This document shows positions 9,511 to 20,142 of a DNA stretch of 62,175 nt, in pieces (the first letter of the stretch is position 1; every line of letters begins with the position of its first letter). Position numbers and translations under genes: made by a program. The DNA is from Patescibacteria group bacterium (GTDB taxonomy: Bacteria > Patescibacteriota > Microgenomatia > UBA10105 > UBA927): the NCBI GenBank assembly GCA_018821245.1, contig JAHJMO010000012.1, positions 1 to 62,175 on the forward strand, in the 5' to 3' direction. Under the pieces are notes generated by a model, which was not told the origin of the DNA, did not search any database, and saw only the letters and a program-made list of their open reading frames with translations.

Positions 9511-10191
9511 TCACTTTTTGGAATTTGTAAGCTCACGCAGTGCATCGCCGGCTATCCAGCGGGCAGACCGGGAATCAAGCTTTTGAATCTCTTTTGCGCA
9601 AATAATAGCTTGCTTTCGGAGAAACGCATTCCTTTTCCCTATCTGCCGAAGGGCCCAGTTAACGGCTTTTTTGACAAAATTCCGCTCGTCCTGCGACTCC
9701 GCTTTGATAGAGGGAAAAAACTGGCTGAACCGGCTGTCCTCGGCCTTTTTGTCATGCCAGGAAAGACAAGCCATAAGAGCAAAGCCTGACCGCTTTTCGA
9801 ACTCCGGAGATCGCGCAGTCCATTCTATTGCCTTGTCAAGCGCAAAAGGGGTCTTATCAAATAAATTCATGCATACTTGGTCGCAAATATCCCAGCTGTC
9901 GAAATCGCGTATCCAGGCATCCATTTGTTTCTCCGTAACCAAAAGGGGTTCATCTACCATGCCGGCAAGAATACGCGCCTCGTGGAGTTCTGTTTGCCAC
10001 AATTCTTTGGCCAATTCATGCCGCTCCTTTGTACCTTTACTATCCTTCCTGATGCGCTTTGTTAACGCGCGAAGCGCAGGGATACTCACACCTAAGGTGT
10101 TTTTCGCGTTTATGCCGAAACGGGCCATGCCCGCGACGTTTTTGGGGTTTGCCTGTGAACGCAACTCAGCTAAAATGTCGGGCACTTTCAT
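9511..10191 (-). CDS. DNA alkylation repair protein (AlkD-like HEAT repeat)
   Basis: N-terminal ...NPKNVAGMARFGINAKNTLGVSIPALRAL... is typical of the family. Confidence 0.7.
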   Translation of the reverse strand: MKVPDILAELRSQANPKNVAGMARFGINAKNTLGVSIPALRALTKRIRKDSKGTKERHELAKELWQTELHEARILAGMVDEPLLVTEKQMDAWIRDFDSWDICDQVCMNLFDKTPFALDKAIEWTARSPEFEKRSGFALMACLSWHDKKAEDSRFSQFFPSIKAESQDERNFVKKAVNWALRQIGKRNAFLRKQAIICAKEIQKLDSRSARWIAGDALRELTNSKK

Positions 10192-10484
10192 TCTTGTGAC
10201 GCAGGTGATTGTTCGCGCTCGCTCCAGTATTTGTCCGCTTCTTCTTCCATCTCATGGAGGCGGGTGTAATAATCCGGAAATTCGTTGAGGTGAGCCAAGG
10301 CAATTTTGCCGGTCAAAAACGAATCATCCCCTGTTACATTGGTGTTGGCATCTACAAACCCATGCTCAAGCTCCACATCCATCCCCATTCTGAACTGCTC
10401 CACATCAAACTTGGTCCAATCAATACCCAACTTCTCTCCGATATTCTTTGCCTCATCGGCAGTAAAATTTTTTTTGATTGACAT
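10188..10484 (-). CDS. Small conserved protein (DUF5661-like, tentative)
   Basis: 98-aa ORF with a MGMDVELEHG motif. Its stop overlaps the start of the upstream gene. Confidence 0.4.
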   Translation of the reverse strand: MSIKKNFTADEAKNIGEKLGIDWTKFDVEQFRMGMDVELEHGFVDANTNVTGDDSFLTGKIALAHLNEFPDYYTRLHEMEEEADKYWSEREQSPASQE

Positions 10485-10535
10485 AATATACCTCCTTTAT
10501 CCACTCTCATTTTTTTATCCACCAAGGACTAATTG

Positions 10536-10607
10536 TGGGTCGCCTAAGAATCGAACTTAGCGCCTCTTTCTTATCAGGAAAGCGTTCTACCACTGAACTA
10601 GCGACCC
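10536..10607 (-). tRNA. tRNA-Ile (anticodon GAT)
   Basis: Cloverleaf read by hand: acceptor GGGTCGC/GCGACCC, anticodon loop CTGATAA, T arm CTAAG-TTCGATT-CTTAG. Confidence 0.9.
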
Positions 10608-10876
10608 GACACCACTTTTCTGCTTTCTTTTACTTTATCTCTCAACACCTCTCTGCCATATCCGGTTTTATAAAATAATTCTTGTTTTAATGCATCACCT
10701 TTTGATGTATACGCTTCGTAATATATAAGTATGTATTGTCTGTTTTTCTGTGTATAGACTCCTCCTTTACCATGATTGTGATCTCGAACTCTTGTTTTTA
10801 GATCTCCCGTACTTCCGAATACATATAAGCGTTCCCGCCTATCCGGCGGATCGCCGATGAGGCGACTACCACTGAG
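10598..10876 (-). pseudogene. N-terminally truncated GIY-YIG nuclease (UPF0213-like) remnant
   Basis: Open frame ...RLYVFGSTGDLKTRVRDHNHGKGGVYTQKNRQYILIYYEAYTSKGDALKQELFYKTGYGREVL... The first GIY strand and any ATG/GTG/TTG start are missing, an in-frame TGA lies at 10877-10879, and the TAG stop lies inside tRNA-Ile. Confidence 0.6.
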
Positions 10877-10892
10877 TCAATCACCAGACGTA

Positions 10893-10928
10893 AATTATCC
10901 AATTATCAAATTATCCAATCCACCAATC
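10893..10928. repeat. Word repeat (aattatccaatt / ttatcaaatt family)
   Basis: aattatccaattatcaaattatccaatccaccaatc. The same words occur at 17901-17975. Confidence 0.7.
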
Positions 10929-10935
10929 TATCTTG

Positions 10936-11024
10936 AGGCTCGGGAGGGAGTTGAACCCTCGTATAGTGGTTTTGTCCCGCAGAACGAGATCCTGCTTTGC
11001 AGGACAGACCGCCGCGTTACCTCC
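10936..11024 (-). pseudogene. 5'-truncated tRNA-Cys-like copy with a 30-nt insertion in the anticodon loop
   Basis: Aligns to tRNA-Cys from the D loop (GAGGTAACGCGGCGGTCTG) to the 3' end plus the shared flank TCAAGA. tcctgcaaagcaggatctcgttctgcggga interrupts CTG|CAAA. There is no 5' acceptor strand to pair with CCGAGCC. Confidence 0.5.
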
Positions 11025-11035
11025 CTCATCTCTTG

Positions 11036-11107
11036 AGGTGCGGAGGGGAATCGAACCCCTGTATAGCGGTTTTGCAGACCGCCGCGTTACCTCTTCGCCA
11101 CCGCACC
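11036..11107 (-). tRNA. tRNA-Cys (anticodon GCA)
   Basis: Acceptor GGTGCGG/CCGCACC, anticodon stem-loop GCGGT-CTGCAAA-ACCGC, T arm AGGGG-TTCGATT-CCCCT. Confidence 0.85.
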
Positions 11108-13426
11108 GCCAGCATATTTTACCATAAAAACCCACAAGGCTACGCATACAATGCTGATAATAAGCCCCAACCGAACAGAAAAGGGTTCGTAGGAAAAGAC
11201 AACTTCATGCTCTCCTTGGGGCACAACAACAGCCCGGAAGGTGTAGTTGGCCCGATAGATTGGCGAATCTTTACCATCAACGCGGGCAATCCAACCCGGA
11301 TACCACGTGTCTGTGAGCACGAGTATCGCCGGTGCACTAGTCTGAACACGTGTCACAACGGATTGCTCTTGGTACGCAATGGCAAGAATGCGTGCGTTTG
11401 CATCAGGGATAATTTCCTCTGTTGGCTGCATTTCGAGAAGAACGGTCGAGCGCGGATCAAACGACGGGTCAAATAATCGATCAACTTGCGCACGGGCATC
11501 ACGGACGACCTCAGCGCTGCTGACCACATACATACGGGGCAGAGCCGAAGGGCGCGTTGTAATGTACCACGTTGCGTCTTGCCACGCCGGTTCGACACCT
11601 GCCGGCACGGGTAGCTCATCCTTGCGAAACAGCAGATGAGAAACACTGACAAGATCCAAAAGCCTTATTCGGCGATCAGCTGTATCGGCACTTGGGGTAG
11701 CATCATGCACAATAAGAATATCGCTTCGCGTAATACCGTTTTGGCTGTCACCGGTATTTGCAAAACTTACCAACTCTGCATACCGACGCACGTGCAAAGG
11801 ATCAAAATATTCCGGGCTTGAAAGATGATACGCGGCCGCAAGGTTTGTCCTGATTTGCGCCTTGCCAATGGCAAAAAACCGTTGATCTCTTGTCAACGAC
11901 TGCAGAGCGGTAAGCACGGGTGCATTCGGAAAGATCATCTCTTTTGGAGAAAACGGTAAAAATTTATTCGCGTTATACCAACCCACAACAAAAACGAGGA
12001 TGAGTGGTATCCAAAGACGGCTCTTGTGTCTCATGACGCTACTTATAAGGAAAAACAGACCAAAACTGGCAACCTCTATGAACGTATTCCGTACGCTCAC
12101 GAGGCGGCACTGTGGAACCGATGCACTCGGACACGGCCATTTGAGAAGATATGCCAGTATGGTCACGATAATGACAATGCCAAACACGGTAAGGAAACCA
12201 ATAAGCGGGGCTGACATGTGCACGGACGATTTTTTCTTTTCCCAACGGTCAAACCCTATACCAGCAAGAACGGCAATTGAAAACGTGGTGAGGACAAATA
12301 TCCGGGAAGGCACATCCGCCGAGAGAACCGGGAGAGGAAGCAGATAAAAAAGACGCGCACCAAACCATTGAAGAGTCGCAAGGACAAAAATTCCTGCAAG
12401 AATTGCAAAAAATGCAATTACTCCACACCTCCTCCCTTTGCCAAACGCCAGAAGGGTAAAAAATACCGGGATAGTGCCAACGTAGGCAATCGTCTCTGTA
12501 TAATCATGCGGCCCAAAGTAGTTGTAGGTAGCCTGATTCCCAAAGTAGTTAGGGATAAGAATCGTCACAAGGTGAGAAAAAGGCAGGAGGAAACGATCAA
12601 AAATAAATTGGCTTGTGTGTCTCCCTATTGTAGAAAGAGTAAATAATTCAAAACTGGGAACGAGTTGCACTGCCGCCATACCAACGCCGAGCGCAGATAG
12701 CATGCCCAGACGAACGACCTGAACCATAGATAGCCTAACGAGTGCATACAACGCAAATACCCCAAGCACATAGACAATCATGTGCGGTTGTCCGGAAAGA
12801 AAGAGGAGAAAAACAATAGGGGGAGTTGCCCACACGGCCCGATGGGCGGGTCGTTCCCGAAGCAGTTCAACAATACCAAGAAGCAGCGGCAGTCCTGAAA
12901 GGATATATAAAAATTCTCCATATTCCATCCGCACCACAGAAAACCCTGAAAGGAGAAGAATGATAGATGCAAACAGCGAAGCCCGCGGTGATAAACGCAA
13001 TATCCTCCCATACCAATACATACTTATTCCTAAGACAACAGGTTGTAATAGTATGTACAGTGACCAAGCAGTTGGCGGAGGAAAAAACAAAAAAAAGAAT
13101 CCAAATGGAGTCAAATATCCGGGGTGCATGATTGCCAGAAGAGGCGTACCCACAGCATTGTACGGATTCCAAAGGGGAAGTTTCCCTTGTTTCATAAGAT
13201 CAGAAGCGAGCACTCGTAAGGGATACAAATGCCGGAACGCATCATCCACGACCGGCTTATGAGCAATCGTGGGGGTTTCGCCTGAAGCAGTCATGGATTT
13301 CCATGGCTCATACCATGCAACCATGTAGCTTGCCGGCATGGGAATATACCCTCTGCGAAAAAATGGAAAGAATACGAGGAACGTTAGAAAAAGTAAGAAA
13401 ATAATTCCTTTATGCCGGTGATTCAT
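11087..13426 (-). CDS. Large polytopic membrane protein (YfhO-like glycosyltransferase, tentative)
   Basis: 779 aa with many TM segments in the first ~500 aa and a soluble C-terminal domain. The last 21 nt overlap tRNA-Cys. Confidence 0.55.
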   Translation of the reverse strand: MNHRHKGIIFLLFLTFLVFFPFFRRGYIPMPASYMVAWYEPWKSMTASGETPTIAHKPVVDDAFRHLYPLRVLASDLMKQGKLPLWNPYNAVGTPLLAIMHPGYLTPFGFFFLFFPPPTAWSLYILLQPVVLGISMYWYGRILRLSPRASLFASIILLLSGFSVVRMEYGEFLYILSGLPLLLGIVELLRERPAHRAVWATPPIVFLLFLSGQPHMIVYVLGVFALYALVRLSMVQVVRLGMLSALGVGMAAVQLVPSFELFTLSTIGRHTSQFIFDRFLLPFSHLVTILIPNYFGNQATYNYFGPHDYTETIAYVGTIPVFFTLLAFGKGRRCGVIAFFAILAGIFVLATLQWFGARLFYLLPLPVLSADVPSRIFVLTTFSIAVLAGIGFDRWEKKKSSVHMSAPLIGFLTVFGIVIIVTILAYLLKWPCPSASVPQCRLVSVRNTFIEVASFGLFFLISSVMRHKSRLWIPLILVFVVGWYNANKFLPFSPKEMIFPNAPVLTALQSLTRDQRFFAIGKAQIRTNLAAAYHLSSPEYFDPLHVRRYAELVSFANTGDSQNGITRSDILIVHDATPSADTADRRIRLLDLVSVSHLLFRKDELPVPAGVEPAWQDATWYITTRPSALPRMYVVSSAEVVRDARAQVDRLFDPSFDPRSTVLLEMQPTEEIIPDANARILAIAYQEQSVVTRVQTSAPAILVLTDTWYPGWIARVDGKDSPIYRANYTFRAVVVPQGEHEVVFSYEPFSVRLGLIISIVCVALWVFMVKYAGGAVAKR

Positions 13427-13772
13427 GTCTTGGGGCTATTGTAACGGATACAATAACTCCCCTCAATGGAGGGGGTTTAAGACCTCGATCCACTGCAACT
13501 TCCTTTGCAGCTTTTCAGTATTATTCATACCCGCTGCAAAGAGCGTTTGCTGGTGGATTTCGGCGAAGACGCCTCAACAACCGAATGGTGACAGGAAAAA
13601 TATTGAGAGTGTCATACTCCGCTTTGTTCTATGTGTACACCACATGTGCGGTTCTGCTCGTGTATGACTTGGTCCCGCTCTCATGCGGGACGATAATCAG
13701 CCCTATCTTGAATGCCCTGCTCCGATGAAATCGGAGTGTACATTCTCGATAGTACCGACTTTTTTTAAATAG

Positions 13773-15387
<1,615 letters not shown>

Positions 15388-15560
15388 GAATTAACGTAAG
15401 ACATTACTGCTTACATTAATTTAAATTCCTATCACCATTCGATTGTTAAGGAGCGAGGCTAAATGAGGCCATCCTCCTCCGCTCAAATTCGCCTTCCGCC
15501 AGCTGGCGGACTAGACGAATATTCGCTTCGGACGGATTGATCTCTGCTAAACGCATAAAT

Positions 15561-15589
15561 ATGAATTTATTTGTTAAGCAGAGAGTCAA
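15561..15589 (-). promoter_or_regulatory. Possible 16S promoter (TTGACT-17-ATTCAT)
   Basis: -35 TTGACT (plus-strand agtcaa, 15584-15589), then a 17-nt spacer and a weak -10 ATTCAT (15561-15566), about 170 nt upstream of the mature 5' end. Confidence 0.3.
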
Positions 15590-15612
15590 AAAAGCCCCGC
15601 CATTGGCGGGGT
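15586..15612 (-). terminator. Rho-independent terminator after the trmH-like gene
   Basis: The minus strand reads CCCCGCC-AAT-GGCGGGG followed by CTTTTTT. Confidence 0.7.
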
Positions 15613-15771
15613 TCATACCCATTCTTCAATGGCGTTGCCTCTAGTCACTCATTGCTTTCGTATTATATGGGAGTCTTTGAACACAGTCAATACCCAGTAA
15701 CTGTATTCATTATTTCCAAAATCTCCTATCAATTTATAGCGGCAAGTGGTCAGGATGCTCATATGCCACCT

Positions 15772-16314
15772 CTATTGTTCGTTATCAACCGTTCTCATAA
15801 CTTCATAAAGTACTATCCCCAAAGATACCATCACGTTCAAGCTCTTGTTTATACCCCACATCGGCAATTCAATAATGGCGTCTGCCATATCAAGCACATC
15901 TTTGGACACTCCCTCGCTCTCGTGCCCTACCACCAGCGCCAACGGAAATTCAAACTTGGCTTTGTAAAACGGAACGCTTCTCTTGTCTTGTTCTACGGCA
16001 ATAATTTTGACTTTTGACTTTTGACTTTTGACTTGCGCGATTGCCTCAATCGCGCTTGTTGCGTATTCCCAATCTACCCATTGCCATGTATTCACCGATG
16101 CTTTTTTGATTTTATGGTTTGGCGGAGTCAGCGTCTGTCCGCAAAGATAAACCTTCTCTGCCGCCACAGCGTCTGCCAGACGAAATATTGCGCCCACGTT
16201 ATACGTATCCAAAACATTATCAAGAATGACGTAGATTGAATTTTTCTTGAACGTTTTTTTGACCTCAAAATCCGGCTCTGTGATACGCAACTGTTTAGCG
16301 TTCAATTTAATCAT
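15772..16314 (-). CDS. SpoU/TrmH-family RNA 2'-O-methyltransferase
   Basis: NVGAIFRLADA, LVVGHESEGVS and IELPMWGINKSLNVMVSLGIVLYE (SPOUT knot motifs). Confidence 0.75.
   Translation of the reverse strand: MIKLNAKQLRITEPDFEVKKTFKKNSIYVILDNVLDTYNVGAIFRLADAVAAEKVYLCGQTLTPPNHKIKKASVNTWQWVDWEYATSAIEAIAQVKSQKSKVKIIAVEQDKRSVPFYKAKFEFPLALVVGHESEGVSKDVLDMADAIIELPMWGINKSLNVMVSLGIVLYEVMRTVDNEQ
16005..16035. repeat. Heptad word repeat (TTTTGAC x4) inside the trmH-like gene
   Basis: ttttgac ttttgac ttttgac ttttgac ttg, encoding VKSQKSKVK on the minus strand. Confidence 0.85.
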
Positions 16315-16378
16315 GAGCCTTATTATAACAGCTCATTGGGATCTGTTTGACGATCACGTTATTTGTTATGATAACCGC

Positions 16379-17149
16379 ATGAACTTCCTACATGCCCTCG
16401 TATTATCCGCAATCGAAGGCATCGCAGAATTTTTGCCAGTTTCTTCGACCGGACACCTCATCCTCGCTTCTAAAATTCTTGCGATCAAAACTGACGAATT
16501 CAGTAAAAGCTTCGACATTATCATTCAGCTCGGCGCGATATTGTCGATTGTGATGTTGTATTTTCAATATGTTTGGAAACATCCCAAGGTGATGAAACCC
16601 GTGCTCATTGCGTTTATTCCAACTGGAGTTATCGGATTGATTCTTTATAAATTTATTAAAACGTATTTACTTGATAACCCAACCATCGTCGTTGTGAGCT
16701 TAATTCTCGGCGGTATCGGACTGATTGTTTTAGAAAAATTTTATACAGGCAAGAAAACTTACTTCAAACTGGAAAATATTAGTGTTCAACATGCAATATT
16801 AATCGGACTGGGACAATCTCTTTCTATTATCCCCGGAATCTCGCGCGCTGGTGCAACAATCGCAAGCGGCATGCTTTTGGGATTAAGCCGTAAAGATTCC
16901 ATAGAATTTTCTTTTCTTTTGGCTGTACCGACCATGACTGCCGCCACAGGATTGGATCTGGTCAAAAACATTCACTCATTTACAACAACCGATCTACAGC
17001 TTTTGCTGGTTGGTTTTATAGGAGCATGGATTACGGCTCTCGTTGTGGTAAAAACCTTTCTCAAATACGTGCGGACCAAATCGCTTATCCCTTTCGGCAT
17101 TTATCGCATCGCTGCCGCTTTAGCGTTTTGGCTGTTGGTGAAAAGCTGA
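16379..17149 (+). CDS. uppP: Undecaprenyl-diphosphate phosphatase
   Basis: Starts MNFLHALVLSAIEGIAEFLPVSSTGHL (ATG at 16379), with SRAGATI and FSFLLAVP motifs. Confidence 0.9.
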   Translation: MNFLHALVLSAIEGIAEFLPVSSTGHLILASKILAIKTDEFSKSFDIIIQLGAILSIVMLYFQYVWKHPKVMKPVLIAFIPTGVIGLILYKFIKTYLLDNPTIVVVSLILGGIGLIVLEKFYTGKKTYFKLENISVQHAILIGLGQSLSIIPGISRAGATIASGMLLGLSRKDSIEFSFLLAVPTMTAATGLDLVKNIHSFTTTDLQLLLVGFIGAWITALVVVKTFLKYVRTKSLIPFGIYRIAAALAFWLLVKS

Positions 17150-17663
17150 ATAATTGCAAGGCCCCAAACCCTATACCCCAACCCAACAATGCCCCAACAA
17201 TAATGTCCATAGGATAATGGACGCCCAAATAGATTCTGGAGAGTGCAATCAAAGCCGCTAACAGATAAAACCAGGTTTTCCATTTCGGCTCCTGGGCCGA
17301 TAACACCATCGCCATGGCAAACGCTAATGTCGCATGTCCGGAAGGGAATGAATAATCATACAATGCGGGCTGTACGATGATGGCTCCGGTTGAAAGTGAA
17401 GGCCGTAAACGCTCAACAAAAGGCTTAAGGATCACATTTGTCAACAAACCGCTAGTTAACGCTGCGGTCAAAAGCGGCGCAAAAAACCAGTGACTTTTAC
17501 GTTCTTCCCGCACAAAAAGCCATACGCCAAATAACAGCCATAATAACGTGGTGCTTCCATACACACCTGATAACGTCATAGCTATGGCATCGGTAAATGG
17601 TGTATGAGGAAGGTGGTTTATCATCAAAAAGAGGCGGTGATCCAGCGCCAGGAAAAACGTCAT
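17085..17663 (-). CDS. PAP2-family lipid phosphatase
   Basis: KPFVERLRP, PSGHA and SRIYLGVHYPMDIIVG. Confidence 0.8.
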   Translation of the reverse strand: MTFFLALDHRLFLMINHLPHTPFTDAIAMTLSGVYGSTTLLWLLFGVWLFVREERKSHWFFAPLLTAALTSGLLTNVILKPFVERLRPSLSTGAIIVQPALYDYSFPSGHATLAFAMAMVLSAQEPKWKTWFYLLAALIALSRIYLGVHYPMDIIVGALLGWGIGFGALQLFSFSPTAKTLKRQRCDKCRKG

Positions 17664-17682
17664 AGTTTTATACTACCCCATT

Positions 17683-17889
17683 CTATTGTGTTGGGGTCGC
17701 CGGCGGGGTTGCCGAAAACTTTTGCGCCTCTGGTGTCGGCGTCAAAAAGATAATCCGAATCGCCCCATCATCAGGAACCGGAGAAAGAATCTTTTTACCG
17801 GATATCATGCTACCCACGAATATAATAACCAACAGCAAAAACCCTCCGGCAATTGCTATGGTAGCTATTTTTTTCCGTCGATCATCCAT
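17683..17889 (-). CDS. Small membrane-anchored hypothetical protein
   Basis: Starts at the ATG at 17889 (MDDRRKKIATIAIAGGFLLLVIIFVG...). One TM, then a Pro/Thr-rich tail. Confidence 0.4.
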   Translation of the reverse strand: MDDRRKKIATIAIAGGFLLLVIIFVGSMISGKKILSPVPDDGAIRIIFLTPTPEAQKFSATPPATPTQ

Positions 17890-17900
17890 ACTCCTATAAT

Positions 17901-17975
17901 AATTGTCCAATTGCAAATTGTCCAATTGCAAATTGATAATTTGATAATTCGCAATTCGAGAATTGGATAATTTAT
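17901..17975. repeat. Intergenic word-repeat tract
   Basis: aattgtccaattgcaaattgtccaattgcaaattgataatttgataattcgcaattcgagaattggataattta. Confidence 0.8.
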
Positions 17976-20044
17976 TTGATGTCTTCCTTCTTCCACGCAG
18001 CAAAATCGCATTTCGGCCAAGAGCTGCAGCCGTAGAAATGCTTTCCGCGCTTCGTCTTTTTTACCACAATATCGCTATTACATCGCGGGCACTTTTTGTC
18101 TATTTTTTCCAAAATCTGCCGCTTGTATGTACATTTTGGAAATGCACTACAGGCGATAAATTTCCCATATCTGCCCATGCGGATAACCAAAAGGCTGCCA
18201 CATGTAGGGCATGGTTCTTCGAGCGATGTTTCTTCGATTTTCACTTTTTCTGCTTCTTGATATGTAGACTCCAGCATGTTTGCGAACGGACCGTAGAATT
18301 CCCGAATTACCGGAACCCATTGCGCTTCACCTGCGGCGATCGCGTCAAGCTGGTCTTCCATCTTAGCGGTAAACGGAAAATCTAAAATATTAGGAAAGTA
18401 CCGCACGAGAAAATCGGTCACAGCGTTTCCTAATTCCGTGGGAACGAGCCGTTTCTCCTGACGTACGACATACTGTCTGTCCTGGATGGTGGAGATGATT
18501 GGGGCGTAGGTAGAAGGCCGACCTATGCCCCTTTCCTCAAGGGTTTTTACAAGACTCGCCTCCGAATACCTCGGAGGAGGATTCGTAGAATGTTGCGAGG
18601 GTACTGCCGAAGCAAGCGTCAGGGTTTCACCCACGGCAACCTGCGGCAACTCTACTTCCCCGTTTTCCCCGCCTGCTTGCCTCGCGTCGAAGCGGGCCGG
18701 CGAGACAGGCCTACCGGTAATTTTCAGAAATCCGTCAAATTTGATGACTGACCCCTGCACGGCAAATTGATACTCGTTGCTGCTTGTGATCGTAATGGTC
18801 GTTGAATCAAAGACCGCCTCGGCAGCTTGGCTGGCAACTGCCCGCTTCCAGATAAGTTCATAAAGCCGGATATGATCACGATTGAGTTCAGTATTGTTAC
18901 TGGTTAATTGTTGTCCGCCAGCTGGTGGATTAATTGTTAAATCAGTAGGCCTTATGGCTTCGTGGGCTTCCTGCGCGACTTTGGATTTAGTTTTGAATCT
19001 CCGGGGTTTGTATGACAGATACCGTTTACCGAATTCCTTATGAATATAATTTCGTGCTTCGATTAAAAATTTTTCTGCTAAATTAAAGCTGTCCGTGCGG
19101 TGGTACGTAATCAAGCCCTCTTCGTATAGCTTTTGCGCCAGCTGCATAGTTTTTTTTGCAGAGAAATAGAATCTGCGGCCAGCCTCCTGCTGGAGCGTAC
19201 TTGTGGTAAAAGGAGGGGCAGGATACCGGCGAATTTCCTTTTTATCTACCGCACTCACTGTAAAAGGGGGTCGAAGATCTTTGATTATGTCGATTGCTGA
19301 TTGCTGATTGCTGATTGCTGAAGAAGTAGTAGTATATTTGCCATCGAAAAGATCATAGGAGAGGGTCTGCTCGTATTTGACACCGTCTTTGGAAACCAGT
19401 TGAGCGGAAATAATCTGATCATGTTTGATATGTTGATTCCCGGTATCAGGCGTGGTTTTACAAAGAAAATATCCTTCAATAGTCCAATATTCCTGACTTT
19501 GGAATTTGGCAATTTCCCGCTCCCGTTCAACGATGAGGCGTACTGTTACCGACTGCACCCTGCCCGCCGACAGCCACCTTTTTGAAAGCTTTTGCCAAAG
19601 GAGTGGTGATAATTTATACCCTACCAACCTGTCAAGCACGCGTCGGGCCTGTTGAGCATCAACGAGCTGCATGTCGATCTCTCGTGGATTAGCCAACGCT
19701 TCTTTAATGGCAGATTCGGTAATTTCATGGAAAACGATTCGCTTCCCTTCACACTTAAGAAGTTCCGAAACATGCCAGGCGATTGCTTCTCCTTCGCGAT
19801 CAGGATCGGTGGCTAATATGATACTCTTGGCTTTTTTTGCCATCTCTTTCAGTTCTGTTACCCGCTTCTGTTTGACCTTCGGAATAACATACGAAGGCGC
19901 AAAATCGTGATCAATATCCACGCCCAATGCAGCCTTGGGCAAATCCCGGATATGACCCATGGAAGCTTCAACCCTATAGTCTTTACCTAAAAAACGAGTT
20001 AAGGTGCGGGCTTTTGTAGGCGATTCGACGATAATAAGTTGCAT
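17972..20044 (-). CDS. topA: DNA topoisomerase I
   Basis: N-terminal MQLIIVESPTKA... (TOPRIM), active-site region ITYHRTDS, and C-terminal Zn-ribbon Cys pairs. Confidence 0.95.
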   Translation of the reverse strand: MQLIIVESPTKARTLTRFLGKDYRVEASMGHIRDLPKAALGVDIDHDFAPSYVIPKVKQKRVTELKEMAKKAKSIILATDPDREGEAIAWHVSELLKCEGKRIVFHEITESAIKEALANPREIDMQLVDAQQARRVLDRLVGYKLSPLLWQKLSKRWLSAGRVQSVTVRLIVEREREIAKFQSQEYWTIEGYFLCKTTPDTGNQHIKHDQIISAQLVSKDGVKYEQTLSYDLFDGKYTTTSSAISNQQSAIDIIKDLRPPFTVSAVDKKEIRRYPAPPFTTSTLQQEAGRRFYFSAKKTMQLAQKLYEEGLITYHRTDSFNLAEKFLIEARNYIHKEFGKRYLSYKPRRFKTKSKVAQEAHEAIRPTDLTINPPAGGQQLTSNNTELNRDHIRLYELIWKRAVASQAAEAVFDSTTITITSSNEYQFAVQGSVIKFDGFLKITGRPVSPARFDARQAGGENGEVELPQVAVGETLTLASAVPSQHSTNPPPRYSEASLVKTLEERGIGRPSTYAPIISTIQDRQYVVRQEKRLVPTELGNAVTDFLVRYFPNILDFPFTAKMEDQLDAIAAGEAQWVPVIREFYGPFANMLESTYQEAEKVKIEETSLEEPCPTCGSLLVIRMGRYGKFIACSAFPKCTYKRQILEKIDKKCPRCNSDIVVKKTKRGKHFYGCSSWPKCDFAAWKKEDIK

Positions 20045-20142
20045 AGTAATAATCGATGCTAATATACGAATTAATACTAATAATACAAATTAAAAACAGT
20101 TTCTATTAGTATAATTCGCATGCATTCGTATACTTGCGTCGC

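Noticed and set aside
10877-10879. An in-frame TGA upstream of the GIY-YIG remnant could mean TGA is recoded (code 25 or code 4)
   Set aside because: Well-supported genes, including glmS (4768-4770) and orphan operon genes 2 and 3, terminate at TGA at the expected protein ends. The sequence upstream of the TGA also does not encode the missing GIY strand.
13427-13772. Looked for 23S, 5S or spacer tRNA genes downstream of the 16S
   Set aside because: No 23S 5' consensus, 5S-like sequence or cloverleaf was found. The region is explained by the 16S trailer and processing stem plus the upstream region of the YfhO-like gene.
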